A stretch of DNA of 64,000 nt, taken from positions 72,726,001 to 72,790,000 of the forward strand of contig NC_059425.1 in NCBI RefSeq assembly GCF_021028975.2, read 5' to 3'. The notes beneath the pieces were generated by a model that made no database searches, had not been told where the DNA came from, and saw nothing but the letters and a program-made list of their open reading frames with translations. Numbering within the stretch: position 1 is the stretch's first letter; the number at the start of each line of letters is the position of its first letter. Position numbers and translations under genes: made by a program. Source of the stretch: Sphaerodactylus townsendi (lineage: Eukaryota). Positions 1 to 13,178 of this stretch are shown one piece after another.

Positions 1-2280
1 TGAACATAAGAACATAAGAACAAGCCTTCTGGATCAGACAAGAGTCCATCTAGTCCAGCACTCTGCTATTCGCAGTGGCCCACCAGGTGCAATTGGGAGC
101 TAATATGCAAGATGTGAAAACAACAGCCTTCTGCTCCTGCTGCTCCTGAGCACCTGGTCTGTTAAGGCATTTGCAATCTCAGAGCAAGGAGGATCAAGAT
201 TGGTAGCCATAGATCAACTTCTCCATAAATCTGTCCAAGCCCCTTTTAAAGCTATCCAGGTTAGTGGCCATCACCACCTCCTGTGGCAGCATATTCCAAA
301 CACCAATCACACGTTGCGTGAAGAAATGTTTCCTTTTATTAGTCCTAATTCTTCCCCCCAGTATTTTCAATGGATGCCCCCTGGTTCTAGTATTGTGAGA
401 GAGAAAAATGTCTCTCTGTCAACATTTTCTACCCGATGCATAATTTTGTAGACTTCAATCATATCCCCCCTCAGACATCTCCTCTCCAAACTAAAGAGTC
501 CCAAATACGGCAGCCTCTCCTCATAAGGAAGGTGCTCCAATCCCTCAACCATCCTCATTGCCCTTCTCTGCACTTTTTCAATCTCTTCGATATCCTTTTT
601 GAGATGTGGTGAGCACAACTGAACACAGTGGTCCAAGTGCGGTCGCACCACTGCTTTATATAAGGGCATGACAATCTTTGCAGTTTTATTATTAATTCCT
701 TTCCTAATTATCCCCAGCGTAGAGTTTGCTTTTTTCACAGCTGCCATGCATTGAGTTGACATTCCCATGGAATTATCAACTAAGTCGCTCGAATCCCTTT
801 CCTGGTCTGTGACTGATAACACTGACCCCTGTAGCATGTATGTGAAGCTTGGATTTTTTTGCCCCATCACTTTACATTTTGCTACATTTAACTGCATCTG
901 CCATTTCTTAGCCCACTCACCTAATTTATAAAGGTCCACTTGAAGCTCTACGCAATCCTTTTTGGTTTTCACCACCCTACATAATTTGGTATAATCCGCA
1001 AACTTGGCCACCACGCTAACCCCCCGCCCCACTTCCAGGTCATTTACGAATAGGTTAAAGACCACTGGTTCCAAAATGGATCCTTGGGGTACACCACTCC
1101 CTACAGCTCTCCATTGTGAGAACTTCCCATTTACACCCACCCTTTGCTTCCTGTTCCTCAACCAGTTTTGAATCCATAGGACTTCCACTCTTATTCCTTC
1201 ATCGCTGAGTTTTCTCAATAGTCTCTGGTGAGGAATTTTGTCAACAGCCTTTCGGAAATCCAAGTAGATAATGTCCAGTGGTTCCCCCTTATGCACATGC
1301 CTGTTTACATCCTCAAAGAACTCTAGTAAGTTTGTAAGGCAGGACTTGCCTCTGTAAAAGCCATGCTGACTCTTCCTCAGCAGGTCTTGCTTTTCTACAT
1401 GTTTTATAATTTTATCTTTAATGATAGATTCTACTAATTTACCAGGAACAGATGTCAAAATAACTGGCCTGTAATCTCCTGGGTCCCTCCTAGACCTTAA
1501 AGATTGGTGTGACATTGTCCATCTTCTAGTCTTCAGGGATGGAGGCTGATTTCAGGGATAAGTTGCATATTAAAGTGAGAAGATCAGCAATTTCATGCTT
1601 GAACTCCTTAAGAACTCTTGGGTGAATGGATTCTGGGCCAGGGATTTGGTAGCATTTAGTTAATCAATGGCTGCCAGAACTTCTTCCTTGTCTACCACTA
1701 TCTTCACTAGTTCCTCATTCAGCCTCCTAAGAGAAGCTTGGGTTCAGGTGCACCTCTTCTTAAGGTGAAGACAGATGCAAAAGAAATTGCATTCAGTTTC
1801 TCTCTTGATCTCCCTGTCATCCTTATAGCACACTTTTCGTTCCTTCATCATCTAATGAGCCTACCGCTTTTCCTAGCTGGCTTCCTACTTTTGATGTACT
1901 TGAAGAACTGTTTGTTGCTGGTCTTGATGTTCGAAGCCATGCATTCCTCATAATTCTTTTTTGCCTGCCTTACAGCTAACTTGCTTTTCTTTTGCCACCA
2001 TTTGTGTTCTGTCCTTTATTCTTCATCAGTTGAGCTGGACTTCCATTTTCTAAAAGACATCTTCTTTATTCTGATAGTTTCCTCAACCTCCCTTGTTAAC
2101 CATGGTGCCTTTCTTTTGGACTGGGTACAACCTTCCAAATGAGCTTTTATTACTGTGTTTTTAAATAACCTCCAAGCATCTTGGACAGTTTTGACTCTCT
2201 TGATTTTCCCTTCCAGCTTCCTGTGCATTATCCCCCTCATCTTTGAGAAATTTCCCCTTCTGAAGGCGAATGTAACTACT
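1..2280 (-). mobile_element. CR1 LINE, 5'-truncated and decayed (RT domain plus 3' UTR)
   Basis: ORF 367..1515 is CR1 ORF2 RT (QHGF, DFxKAxDK, GVPQGS; FADD mutated to FADY). The (TTCTTATG)n tail lies at the window start. Confidence 0.95.
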
Positions 2281-2432
2281 TGCTCACATGCAGAGATACA
2301 TGCATACATACATAAACCTTTATTGGCATAGTCAGAAACAAATACATAAATCAGGAGCAAATGCATGTATATAATTTTAATGATCAGGAGCAAATGATCA
2401 GGAGCAAATGCAAATGAACAGGAGCAAATGCA

Positions 2433-2872
2433 TATAATTTTATCTTTAATGATAGATTCTACTAATTTACCAGGAACAGAAGTCAAACTGACTGGCCTAT
2501 AATTTCCTGGGTCCCCCCTAGATCCTTTCTTAAAGGTTGGTATGACATTGGCCATCTTCCTGTCTTCAGGGACGGAGCCTGATTTCAGAGATAAGTTGCA
2601 TATTGAAGTGAGAACATCAGCAATTTCATGCTTGAGCTCTTTAGGAACTCTTGGGTGAATGCAATCTGGGCCAGGGGATTTGGCAGTATTTAGTTTATCA
2701 ATGGCTGCCAGAACTTCTTCCTTGTCTACCACTATCTTCACTAGTTCCTCGGATTCGCCTCCTAAGAAGCTTGGTTCAGGTGCAGGAATTTTCCTCACCT
2801 CCTCTTGGGTGAAGACAGATGCAAAGAATTCATTCAGCTTCTCTGCAATCTCCCTGTCATCTTTTAGCACAC
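2433..2872 (-). mobile_element. Second CR1 ORF2 fragment duplicating about 1406-1832
   Basis: Encodes KSPGPDCIHPRV...PGNYRPVSLTSVPGKLVESIIKDKII, the same segment and orientation as in the adjacent CR1. Confidence 0.9.
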
Positions 2873-2889
2873 ATCTTTTAGAATGAATG

Positions 2890-3204
2890 CAAATGTGAAT
2901 CACTCCCTGGACTGAAAAACCTCACCTGCAATACTACACTATCAGCCACACCCTTGTATAGCAAGTTCTACCCAAACACTTACTGATTGGTTCCCCACCT
3001 GGAGACATGACAATTTATATCCCACTAAAACATTCCCTTCTACTGGACACAGTATGTAGCAGACTTCCCTCTGTGATACATCTCTGAAGATGCCAGCCAC
3101 AGATGCAGGCAAAACATTAGTAACGAGATCCAGACCACGGCCACACAGCCTAGAAAACCCACCATAACCAGTTGAATCCAGTTGTGAAAGCCTTCAACAA
3201 TACA
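2890..3204 (+). mobile_element. Penelope-like element terminal repeat with decayed hammerhead motif
   Basis: ctctgaagatgccagccacagatgcaggcaaaacattag...gtgaaagccttcaacaataca; homologous to the copies at 54.9 kb and 63.9 kb. Confidence 0.75.
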
Positions 3205-3453
3205 ATATTAAACCTGTTTGATAAACCAACAAACAGAAATAAAAACATTTTAAAAACAAATATATTATACTCCTATCAGTGTCCCCTTTTTGCCCAGTCC
3301 CAGGCTGCCTCCAAAGCCCTCCAGAATAATTTTGTTACAGCCTCACTGAACAGCCAGGAGGATAAGAGCCCCTCTGACTTCTTCCAGGAGGTTGTTTCAC
3401 AGATATGGGGCAGATAGAGTTGCCAGGAACTCCCTATCTGCCAGTGAGGAGTA

Positions 3454-3646
3454 GGGTTGCTGGATCCAAGTTGGGAAATTCCTGGAGATTTGGGGATGGA
3501 GCCTGGAAAGGACCTTAGTGGGGTACCATGCCATACAGTCTACTCTCCAAAGTATCCGTGTTCTCAAAGGGAACTTTAGCTCTGTAGTCTGGAGATGAGC
3601 TGTAATTCCAGGGGATCCCCAGGGGCCGCCTGGAGACTGGCATCCC
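3454..3646. mobile_element. TA-flanked non-autonomous element with GGGTTGC..GCA(A/T)CCC ends (MITE-like)
   Basis: TA|GGGTTGC...GCATCCC|TA. Related copies at about 37647-37865, 40395-40449, 56328-56485, 56968-57324, 59270-59386 and 59875-60067. Confidence 0.7.
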
Positions 3647-4559
3647 TAGCAGCAGCCAGTTTAAAAAGCCAAACCCAGACTGTAAGAGAATGTGCCTAAG
3701 ACAAGTGGTGGTTGGGGGAGTGGGCGGGGCTGACAATAGCTACAGGTTTGGGGGAGGGGAAAGCTACTGAAACTCAGAGCTGGAATCAGTGCTAACTTCC
3801 ATTTCTCCAAGTTCATTTGTAAAACTGAATGTGTTGAGAAACACACTTTGTCCCTCATCTTAGAATTTAGTCGTGATCCTTCGTAGTTCATGTAGAACCA
3901 GAGAATGTGTGAAATTCTTCAGCTTTCATAGAGCAGGCAAAATGCAAGACGCAGAATGTGTTTAGGAAAGGGATTTAATTTACACTGCCTGCACATCAAC
4001 ACCATGTTCATTCAGCCCAACTAATCCTGTAGTCTATCTTTTCTGATCTTCTCTATATTTCAGGCTGTGAATTCCCCCCATTTTTATCATATATAAATGA
4101 TAAGAAGATGGGGAAACCGCTTTCTTGACCTTCAATCATGACCCTATCACCTTTCCATTTTTCTAGGCATTTAAATTGGAGTTTATTTAGGGACAGTGAA
4201 AGTATTTAACTTTTTAACTGATGCTGATTTCACTACAATTTTATTGCTGCTTCCAGTTGATGTTTTACTGTATAGCATGTCTGAAATGTCTGTTTTAAAA
4301 CAGAAAAGGGATGAAGAGATTTTTAAATAACAAAAAACTGGTAATCTTTGGCCTGCATTACCACCTGTGTCTCATACAGCTGTTCCTAGGGAGCCTACCC
4401 TAGACTATTAAGTCTCATCCCCTAAGAGTATTTGCAGAGCAGTCACACAAACTGGTCTCTTACAAAAACTGTAGAAGCTTTTTAGGAGGTTGAAGCAACA
4501 GCAGACTTAAACAACTGTAACCTGGTTGCCCCTGAGAGCTTGAGGCTTTTCGTTACCTA

Positions 4560-6500
4560 TTCAGTCCTTGCAGTATTGTATGCAAAACTTATCAGGCACT
4601 TAGGAGAAATAAAGAGAGAAAGGGATACTCTACATGCATGTACACTTTTCCTTCCAGTGTTTTTAGACCACCTCTCCATTTTCTAGGTGAAATTTTAACT
4701 GTTCTACTTCTTTCATAACCATCCAGGCATATTTCTCTGTGCCTCTTAAAACTATTATTTCCTACATAGAAATGAACGAGTGGCTGTTGCACTCCAATAC
4801 CCTCCTCTCTCTCTGTAGATGCAGATTTTCCCACCTTTATTGAGACTAAGCAACCTTTCAGGTAGCATGTGAGAGTTTTTAGCTTAAGCTAACAAGGAAA
4901 TCACTAATACACAAGACAAGAAATCCTCCTTTGAGTATAATTCCCTTCCTAACTGGTTTTGAAACTGTTCTATCTCCCAGAAAATATATTCCTCTCACCC
5001 TTTATTGTCACTGTGGAAAATCTCTTTTTACTATTCCACCTCAATCTAGACCAAAATAAACTTCCACTTCCGTTGTCCTTGTATCTTTGCTCACAGCATA
5101 TGCTGACACACAATATATTACAGGTCAGATTCACTCTCTGACTGAAATTCCCTCAGAGTACATTTTACATACACACAGTTAAGGGACTTGATCTTCACTA
5201 GCCAGAATTTAAATCCAAATCTCTCTCATCTACCTTCCTCTCGGTGAGATAGCTTCTCCCTCTCCTTGTTGGTTGGTTGTTCCACCAATCAGAGCAACTA
5301 ACCAGAGGTCAGTTAACCCAATCAGAGTGCTTTCCTTCTCTCATGAAGATTTTTCTTTTTTTGTGTTTGGGCTGCATTTTGTTGCGAGCTGCCCTTTTAA
5401 ACTGTATTTACTTGCCCAGTCCATTACAGTGGCCGTTGAACATTTGCACAGGTTAATTCATTCCAATGCACACTATCAGGAAACAGACTCACAAGCACTG
5501 TTTGTGTTCCTTAGGGAGCTCAGAGGATTCCATGGTAACCTCCACCCAGGGATTGTACTTCATGCTCTTACTCCCAGAGTACTATATCCTGTCTGGGTAT
5601 TTTCTGCTGCCTTCCACAAATCTTGAAGAGTATCTTCTGCTAAAGGATTTATACTTTCAGCACTCTTTACTGTTGTTAAAAAGCTCTGTCTTAGTATCCA
5701 CATCTTCTGATTCTTTAGTACTAGCTAGCTCAAGAACATTCTTCCGTGCATCAGGGATGGTGAGCCTAACCACAGGCCCCTTTCTGTACTATTCCTTGGA
5801 AAATGGGGAAATGGTTTGGTTACAGAGATCACATTATAACAAGGTTCAATTTCTAAAAAGTGCATCAAGAGATCACGTGCAGAAAGAAGTGGTTTATTTA
5901 AACACAAAGTCCTCTAAAGTCCTTAACTCTATACTTATTCTAAACAATGTTAATTTAGGGTAAGCTAAATATCTCTAAAGCTTGCAGCATTTAGAATTCC
6001 TCTGTTACCTTTGTTTTCAGAATTTTCAGATTAAACTACTCCCCATTGTTCCTCAAAACAGGGTCAAGATGGAATCCCATTGGAATAGTTTAATCCTTCA
6101 TGACTTGAACCAAGAGAGAAATGGAAGCTCTAAATGCAACTCTTATAAGACATAAGAGAGCCTCTTCCTCCTGTCCAGGGAATTTATAGTTCACCTCTTT
6201 CTGGATTCATTCCCAGTCCTCCTTTTCCAAAAAAGAAGAAATATGATCTAGCCTCTTGGCATTCCCAGTCTCTGTCCATTGGATGGGACAATCTAAAAGA
6301 AGTATTAGCTGGTAAACTCCATGAAATTCTTCCCTACGTATGTAGCAGAAAAATATATACAGCATTATGTGGGGAAAATATGTGTCTATTTTGTCATGAT
6401 TGCATTCTTTGGAAGCTGCTGCTCCGGCACTAGAAGATGTCTTATGTGTCTATAGCTAACACCAGAAGACACTTTTTTATTTTTCCCTCTGACTCATGAA
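4560..6500 (-). mobile_element. Possible ancient, highly degraded L1/Tx1-like LINE remnant
   Basis: Only scattered motif-like peptides on the minus strand (RDLLMHFLE resembling ORF1; CNGLG resembling the ORF2 start). No intact ORF. Confidence 0.3.
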
Positions 6501-8007
6501 TTGAAAACTGTTAAGACTCAGCATGAAAGTGAACTGAGCAACCAAGTACTCCTTCTTTCTTTCTGTCTTGTTCCTTTGAACCTGTGAAGCAGGCTTCTTT
6601 TTTAGTTCAGTAGAAGCTGAGTTGAATGCAGTGCTCTCACATAAGGATGTGGAGATATGAATAGAGGTGGGCTCTTGCTCTGGCTGTCTCCTGTGGCATA
6701 GATGAAAGTCATACAAGTTGAGGAGAATGATGGGGCACAGAAAAGGTTGAATGACTCTGAGAGGAATTCTTTGGGTGGGAACAAAGCATGCTGGAGAACT
6801 GATATGAGGCAAGTAAAGAATATCAATCTGTGACAGATATTGCCACCCAGGTTCTAACACCTCCAGTATGTCAGAAGCCTATCTGTAGAAATATCTGTAG
6901 AACATAGTTCTATTTGTATCATGTTAAGTGGTTTAAAAAAAACAGACAGTGCAAAGCAAGGAGGAATTTTGGTGTGCCCCCCACCCTGGTCAGGAAACAG
7001 AGTTTATACTGAAGATGGTTCCTATAATTTTGAACACATTTACCTATTCTGGTGATTATGGAACAATTCTGTAACCAAAATGTATATATGTGCTTAACAT
7101 TTTACATGGAAAATCAGATGTTTCAATAGATTGCCATCATCCTGCAAATCATTACTAAGGTTTTGCAAAAATATCCATGACTGTAATAGATTATTGATTG
7201 ATGGATAGCTGAGACTACAGAATTTTTCCAGCCAACTTCCATTTTATATCCTATGAATGATATCATATGACTATGATATTATACATCTTCAGGACAACAA
7301 TGAATTTGTTTTTTTAAGACATGAGAATTGGATAGGACTGGACTGTGTGGAATACTTAAAGCAACACAAAGATCTTTCTAAATTGAACTATGACCCAGGT
7401 ACTAGTGAGCGCTAAAAAGAAGTGCAGGAACAACTAAGGCCAATGTTAATGGAGAAAAGTGTTTTAACAAACTGAGAGTTTATTCCATGGTATTTGTACT
7501 TAGACGCTTCCAGAAGGATGAAACAAAATGGCATTACCCTGATCTTCCCAACCCAACAAACAACTTTCATAAGCACAAGTGTACTGTCAAAATACAGATT
7601 TACATTGCAGTCCTCAACTATGAAATCAGCAGGCTTAGAAGTGTGTAACTTGAAGTGTATAACTTTGGCCGATTCCCCACAGTCAATTAATCGTATGACA
7701 CTCACGCGAAATATCAAGGATTCAGGAAGAACTCCCCACTGCTTGATTGACAAACAAGGATTCATTCCTGTTCTGGCGCTCATTCTACAGCTTATCCCAA
7801 GTCTTTGCTGAACCTGCTTGAAAGTACTACTTTTTCAAAAAAAACCCATATCTTTGAAGGGGAGGATCAGGGGTCTAATCCTGGTTCAAATTTCCCACCA
7901 TGGAGCATGCCGCAAATGCCTTACAACCAATCAGTGAAGTTTTCACGAGAGAACAATAACCAACCAGAAACTTGGGCAGGGAAGACATGCTGACGTGTTG
8001 ACATCAT

Positions 8008-8355
8008 AAGAAGGAGGAGGAGGAGGAGGAGGAGGAGGAGGAGGAGGAGGAGGAAGTTTGGATTTATATCCCCCCTTATATTCCCCCCTTTCTCTCCTGT
8101 AGGAGACTCAAAGGGGCTTACAATCTCCTTGCCCTCCCCCCTCACAACAAACACCCTGTGAGGTAGGTGGGGCTGAGAGAGCTCTGAGAAGCTGTGCCTA
8201 GCCCAAGGTCACCCAGCTGGCATGTGTGGGAGTGTACAGGCTAATCTGAATTCCCCAGATAAGCCTCCACAGCTCAGGCGGCAGAGCTGGGAATCAAACC
8301 TGGTTCTTCCAGATTAGATACACGAGCTCTTAACCTCCTACCCCACTGCTGCTCC
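8008..8355 (-). mobile_element. tRNA-derived SINE (Squam3-like), young subfamily, with expanded (CCT)n tail
   Basis: Minus-strand head with A box (TGGggTAGGAGG) and B box (GGTTTGATTCC); near-identical to the 33.0 kb and 37.1 kb copies. Confidence 0.85.
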
Positions 8356-8660
8356 TCAACATGAGCATGTTTTTGCGGGAGAAAAAAGGTCTTGCCCCAA
8401 CATGGCACAACAGCCAATCAGGAGAGACCCATCAAGCCAATCGCATGGTAGTGGGGATTGTTGCATTTCTTGAATCTGAGATAGGCCTAGATGTCTTCAC
8501 TGGAAACATGCTGCGGTGGGGAGGTTGAAACCTCGATGAAAAGGTGCAGTTTATTTTCACACTTGGTTTGATCTAGATTGAATTTCCCGGTGGGGATTCG
8601 GCCTTTGCTCAGGATTGCTCTATCTGAGTCTAATTAAAAATACAGGTTGAAGTGATTATG

Positions 8661-8830
8661 GTAGCCATGTGGTCAGCAGGAAAAGAACTAGATTTGAGTC
8701 CAGTAGTTTCTTAGAGACCAACAAGTTTTTCAGGGTATAGGCTTTCAAGAGCCAAAGCTCTGACAAAGAGAGCTTTGAAACCGTATTAGTCTCTAATGTG
8801 CTACTGGAGCTAAATCTAGTGTTTCTCTAC
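8661..8830. mobile_element. Palindromic Penelope-like remnant (inverted terminal arms)
   Basis: actagatttgagtccagtag..ttagagaccaa (~8688-8721) is the imperfect reverse complement of ttagtctctaa..ctactggagctaaatctagt (~8786-8820). The centre holds a decayed CTGAC..GAAA motif. Confidence 0.55.
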
Positions 8831-11800
8831 AGTACATCTCAGTTTAAACTGAACAAACAAGGAACCTACAAAGAACTTGCTGGAGAGGTGAAATCACATT
8901 CCCCCTCTCTGGTCCCCATTACCTCTGCCACCCTCTTACTCCTTCCCCCAACCCTTCTGGCATGGCTTTCTCCTGTTCCAACACTTTCTTCTTTTTTAAA
9001 TGCCAACCATGACCTTTCAAGACAACCTTTTGGTTGTCTAGTCAGAATAAATGAAGGTTGAAATGTGAAGGAGAAGGTGCCATGCTATATCAGTAGTCAT
9101 GCCTTTATAATCAGTGTGGAATTCTGAGGCTAAACTCATAACCTGGGCAAGGAGAATGGGGTAGCACAGTTCATTTCAGTCCTGCAGTATACCCTGGTTA
9201 TCAGCAAAATGTTCATATCTTACTGGAAAGTATATTACTATCCCTGCAAGAACAGGCAGAGCTGTGAAACATAATTTCCATCTTTCATCACAGAGGGAGG
9301 GAAAGATTCAATAGACTATAGCTGTTAGCAAATTCACTTAATTCAAACCACTGTTTGTTTTTCTCACTGCGGGATTCTCAATAAACACACATCATGCTGA
9401 GAGGAGTGGGCAAGGCAGCCATTGTCGCCATTTGCTTTCCATGTCTCCTAAGGATGAGAGGTGCTCAGAAGAGCCTTGCAAGCTAAGGGTTACTTATATT
9501 CTCCTGCGCTTATCATGATACCATTCTGTCTAGTGATTTATAGGACTTGTACTATCCTCATAAGCTTTCGGTATAGTTTTACTACTGAAATCAAATGGTA
9601 GATAGTGTTTAATAGAAATGAATTCACCAAAGTTCTAGGCTGTGGTCTTCTTCTCCAGCTTAACTGACTGAGTTTTGCTGGTCTGCCATCCTCTTAGCCT
9701 TTAAAAAAAATCAAATGGAAAAAATAACACAGTAGACAGCCCAATTTCTGATGATCTTTGCTACCCATGCCACTTATGGTTTTCTGGGTAATCTAGATCC
9801 TTCTAGCTTCCTTCTTGAAGTTGTAGAGAAGCATCATGTGCAACATTATAGAGTGTCATTCAAGAACCACATCAGAATGTCACAAATCATAACACCAGAT
9901 TTCACAGTAAGTCCTCTCCTCTCTACCCTCACCATAAACAGGACTACATATAACACTTCTTCTTTCCTTCAAACAGAAGTGAACTTCTTCAAATAAAGTT
10001 CAAAAGAATCCCTTTATCCATGCTGGAATTTCTTGCACTTTATATTCACCTAAAGCAGAAGAGAAATCTGATCACTCTCATTCTTGTGGGAGAGGATGAA
10101 GAGTACTTCTGAGGTGTCCAGATAGGACTCAAACTAAGAGTTTCCATCACCCTACAACTTGCACTACAGGGCAGTATAGAAGATAGGGAGATTCTGGAGC
10201 AGCCCAACAGAGCCTTTTGAGTGGTAGTCTTCACTCCAGATTAAGGCTTCACCTGACTGGGCCTCAGAATATGACACCTGGGACCAATCAGGGTACCTCA
10301 GATATCCTCTTCAATCTGTACAATTTGTTAAATTGTGAACAAACTTAGCCCAGATAGAGCTTAATTTTGCCTGTTCGACCTGCTGCCTCTCAGAATGTTG
10401 GACTTTGCCTGCCTATGGTTATACCTGTTGCCTCTGGCCTTTGGAATGTCATCAAACTCTTCAGAAACAGACTACTCACTGCCTGCTCTTGATTTCATGT
10501 CTTTCCATGGGCCTCTTGACTCCCAGACTGAGCCTTGGAACCATATCAATTCTGTACAGTTGCATCAATACTTTCTAGGCATGCAAACTTTCCCTCACAT
10601 TGTAAGCTGGCACTGCACTGTGCTGCCTTCATTTAATGCTTATGGAGAAGCCCTAAACTTGTGTAAATAGGGCCTTACCCTGCACAATTCTAGGACGAGT
10701 ATTCTTACCTCAGTGACTATAGACAGTCGCTGATATGCAAGACCCCTGTGGAAATAACAGAGGTGGCAGAGATGAACATTTGACTAACGTGAAGGTCCTG
10801 GGGTAAACAAACAGAAACTGTAGTAGGACTTGTATATTTGTTCCAGAAGCAAAACTGCAAATCTATGCGATTGTTTTGACTAGTGAAAACAGTACATGAG
10901 TCCCTCCCTCCATACCACAGTCCTGATCCAAATTGGGATTCCATGTATCAGCTATTTTTTAATAGAAACTCCCAAAACCTCAGCCAATCTGACCATCAGA
11001 GAGACATGGTACAGAGCATCATCCAGATGTGACCTTTGTGTACGCTTACTTGTACTTATCAGTGTCATGGCCCTCAGGTTAGATCTTGAGCGTGTGTCTC
11101 TAAAGCCCTTTAGAGATGGAAAGCAGCTTGTGTGCATCTTTTCTGCCATTCACTCCCCACCTAGTTCAGTGCAGACAAGGAGTCTGGGGTGCTCACTTGA
11201 AGATATTTAACATTTCTGTGAATGTGCAAGTTTACATGTGTAGGTGAGTCTTTGTGCAGTTGAGATTGTTGAAATTCAGGGTTCCAAATCATGGGAAGAG
11301 GACCACATGCATTCAGTTTATCTTTTATGTTGTGTGCAAAGAGTTTCTTTAATAGCTGATGAAATGGAATGCAGAAGGAGGTAAGTGTTAATTGGATTCC
11401 TTTCAAGCTGATTCCTATGTGTCAACTACAAAGATAAAACGTATGGGCTCCAAAAAGAACAATCTAGTTAAAACAGTAGTTCCCAACCCAAGAAAGTTTG
11501 TTTTGCTGTCCCATGCATAAAACTGATCGCTTTTGCTATCTAGAAGACAAATGATCAGGTGAGGGCTTTGCTTCTCTTCCAAAGAAGGTTGAGCTGATAC
11601 AGATACCACAAAAAGGGTTTTTTAAAAACCCTACAATTGACCTGTTGAGGTCAGGGATTTCCAAAGATTGATTTGCATTATTCCAAATCAGCCCTAGGCG
11701 TGCAGTGAATCCAATGTGCAGTTTATCCACAGTTGGTTATGAAGTGAATCACTTATATAATTTCTTCAGTTTACACCCAGATCAATTTTCATTGTACAAT

Positions 11801-12489
11801 GAGATGAGTGGGAAAAAATTACCTTATTGTGTGCTGGAAGCAATTCTGGTCCCATGAAGAGCAATCAATGACAGCTTTGCTACATGCTCAGATAATGAGA
11901 AGTCGGCTTAAATCTCTCCTAAATATATACATTTGTGCTCATTTGCTCTGTTCATGCTTCAGACAAATGGGGAGCATTTTTTCTTCTCTGAAGGGCATTT
12001 GCAAATGAAGCACGCCTGTGAATACACAGTCACACACACACTATAAACACCCTCCAAGTCTCTTCATTCTAAGCACTGAAAATGAAGCAACTCTGCATAC
12101 CCTACATGTGAATTTGCAAACTATAAATCATATTTTATCCCAGGGCCATTTTTATCAGCCCTAATTATTGCAACTCGCTGAGTGCTGATGTGTAAGAGCA
12201 TTAACATTTAGCACACAAACATACCATCTTCACCTTGTACAAATACAACCTCAGTTCCCCCTCTGCATCTCTTGATCTTCAGAAAACAGCAGTCTAAAGA
12301 CACGTCAGTTGAACAGAAATACTCTGAAAAGAAAATTGCACTACTGAATGAGAAGGATGTCAATTAGCTTTTAATGTAAGAATTTTGGTTTAACTAGATT
12401 TAATTTGAATTGGATTGTTAATATGTACAGAGAAGATACAGTTTTAGATGCTTGACAGCATTCTGTTTATCAAGTAGTTTTTCACATTA

Positions 12490-12697
12490 AATTTTTATCC
12501 TCCTTTCCTCCAAGGAAGCTAAGCGTATGTATCATATATGGTTCCTCCTCCCCATCTGTCCCCATAACACTACTGTGGTGAAGTAGGTTAGGCTGACAGA
12601 AATGAGTTTGAAGTCATTCAGTGAGCTTATGATAGCATGGGGATCTGGATCTGAGAATTCCCAGGTATAATCCAATACTCTAACAACTATATCACAT
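12490..12697 (-). mobile_element. Old Squam3/MIR-like SINE fragment
   Basis: Degenerate match to the body of the other SINE copies (gaagtaggttaggctgacaga...tctaacaactatatcacattgg). Confidence 0.55.
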
Positions 12698-12879
12698 TGG
12701 GTGTCTCTTGAGGCTTTTTTTTTTAAAAAAAGAAAAATCTCCACAGCATAAACCTGTGCAGCTTCCAAAGGCCAAACCAGAAGTAACTGTTTTCATATGA
12801 GCCCCATAGAAGGAAGTTGCCACATAGTGAAACATAGATGCTGAAATTATGACATAAACAAATATGGCTGAAACCCACA

Positions 12880-13178
12880 CCAGTGTGATGTAGTGATTAG
12901 GAGCAGGTGGACTCTAATCTGGAGGACCAGGTTTGATTCTCCACTCTTCCACATGAGCAGTGGACTCTAATCTGGAGAACTGGGTTTGCTTTTTTACACA
13001 TGAAGTTTGCTGGGTGCCTTGGGCTAGTCACAGTTCCTTCAGCTCTCTCTAAGTACCCCTACCTCACAAGATGTCTGTTGTGGAGAGACAAAGGGAAGGA
13101 GTTTGTTAGCCATTTTGAGATTTCTTACAGTTAAGAAAAGCAGGATATAAATCCAAACTCCTTCTCCACCTCTTCTTT
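12880..13178 (+). mobile_element. Squam3-like SINE with duplicated head segment
   Basis: tRNA-like head in which gagcag(g)tggactctaatctggag..ggtttg occurs twice; typical body and ggatataaatccaaactc(ctt)n tail. Confidence 0.8.

Noticed and set aside
367-1515. Functional reverse transcriptase gene
   Set aside because: Catalytic DD mutated to DY, in-frame deletions, and a 5'-truncated CR1 copy.
7412-7845. ORFs of 105-123 aa, possibly an old LINE C-terminus
   Set aside because: No splice context or clear domain; too degenerate to call.
9700-11620. Possible ancient L1 3' fragment on the minus strand
   Set aside because: Only faint motif resemblance; boundaries and identity cannot be supported by eye.
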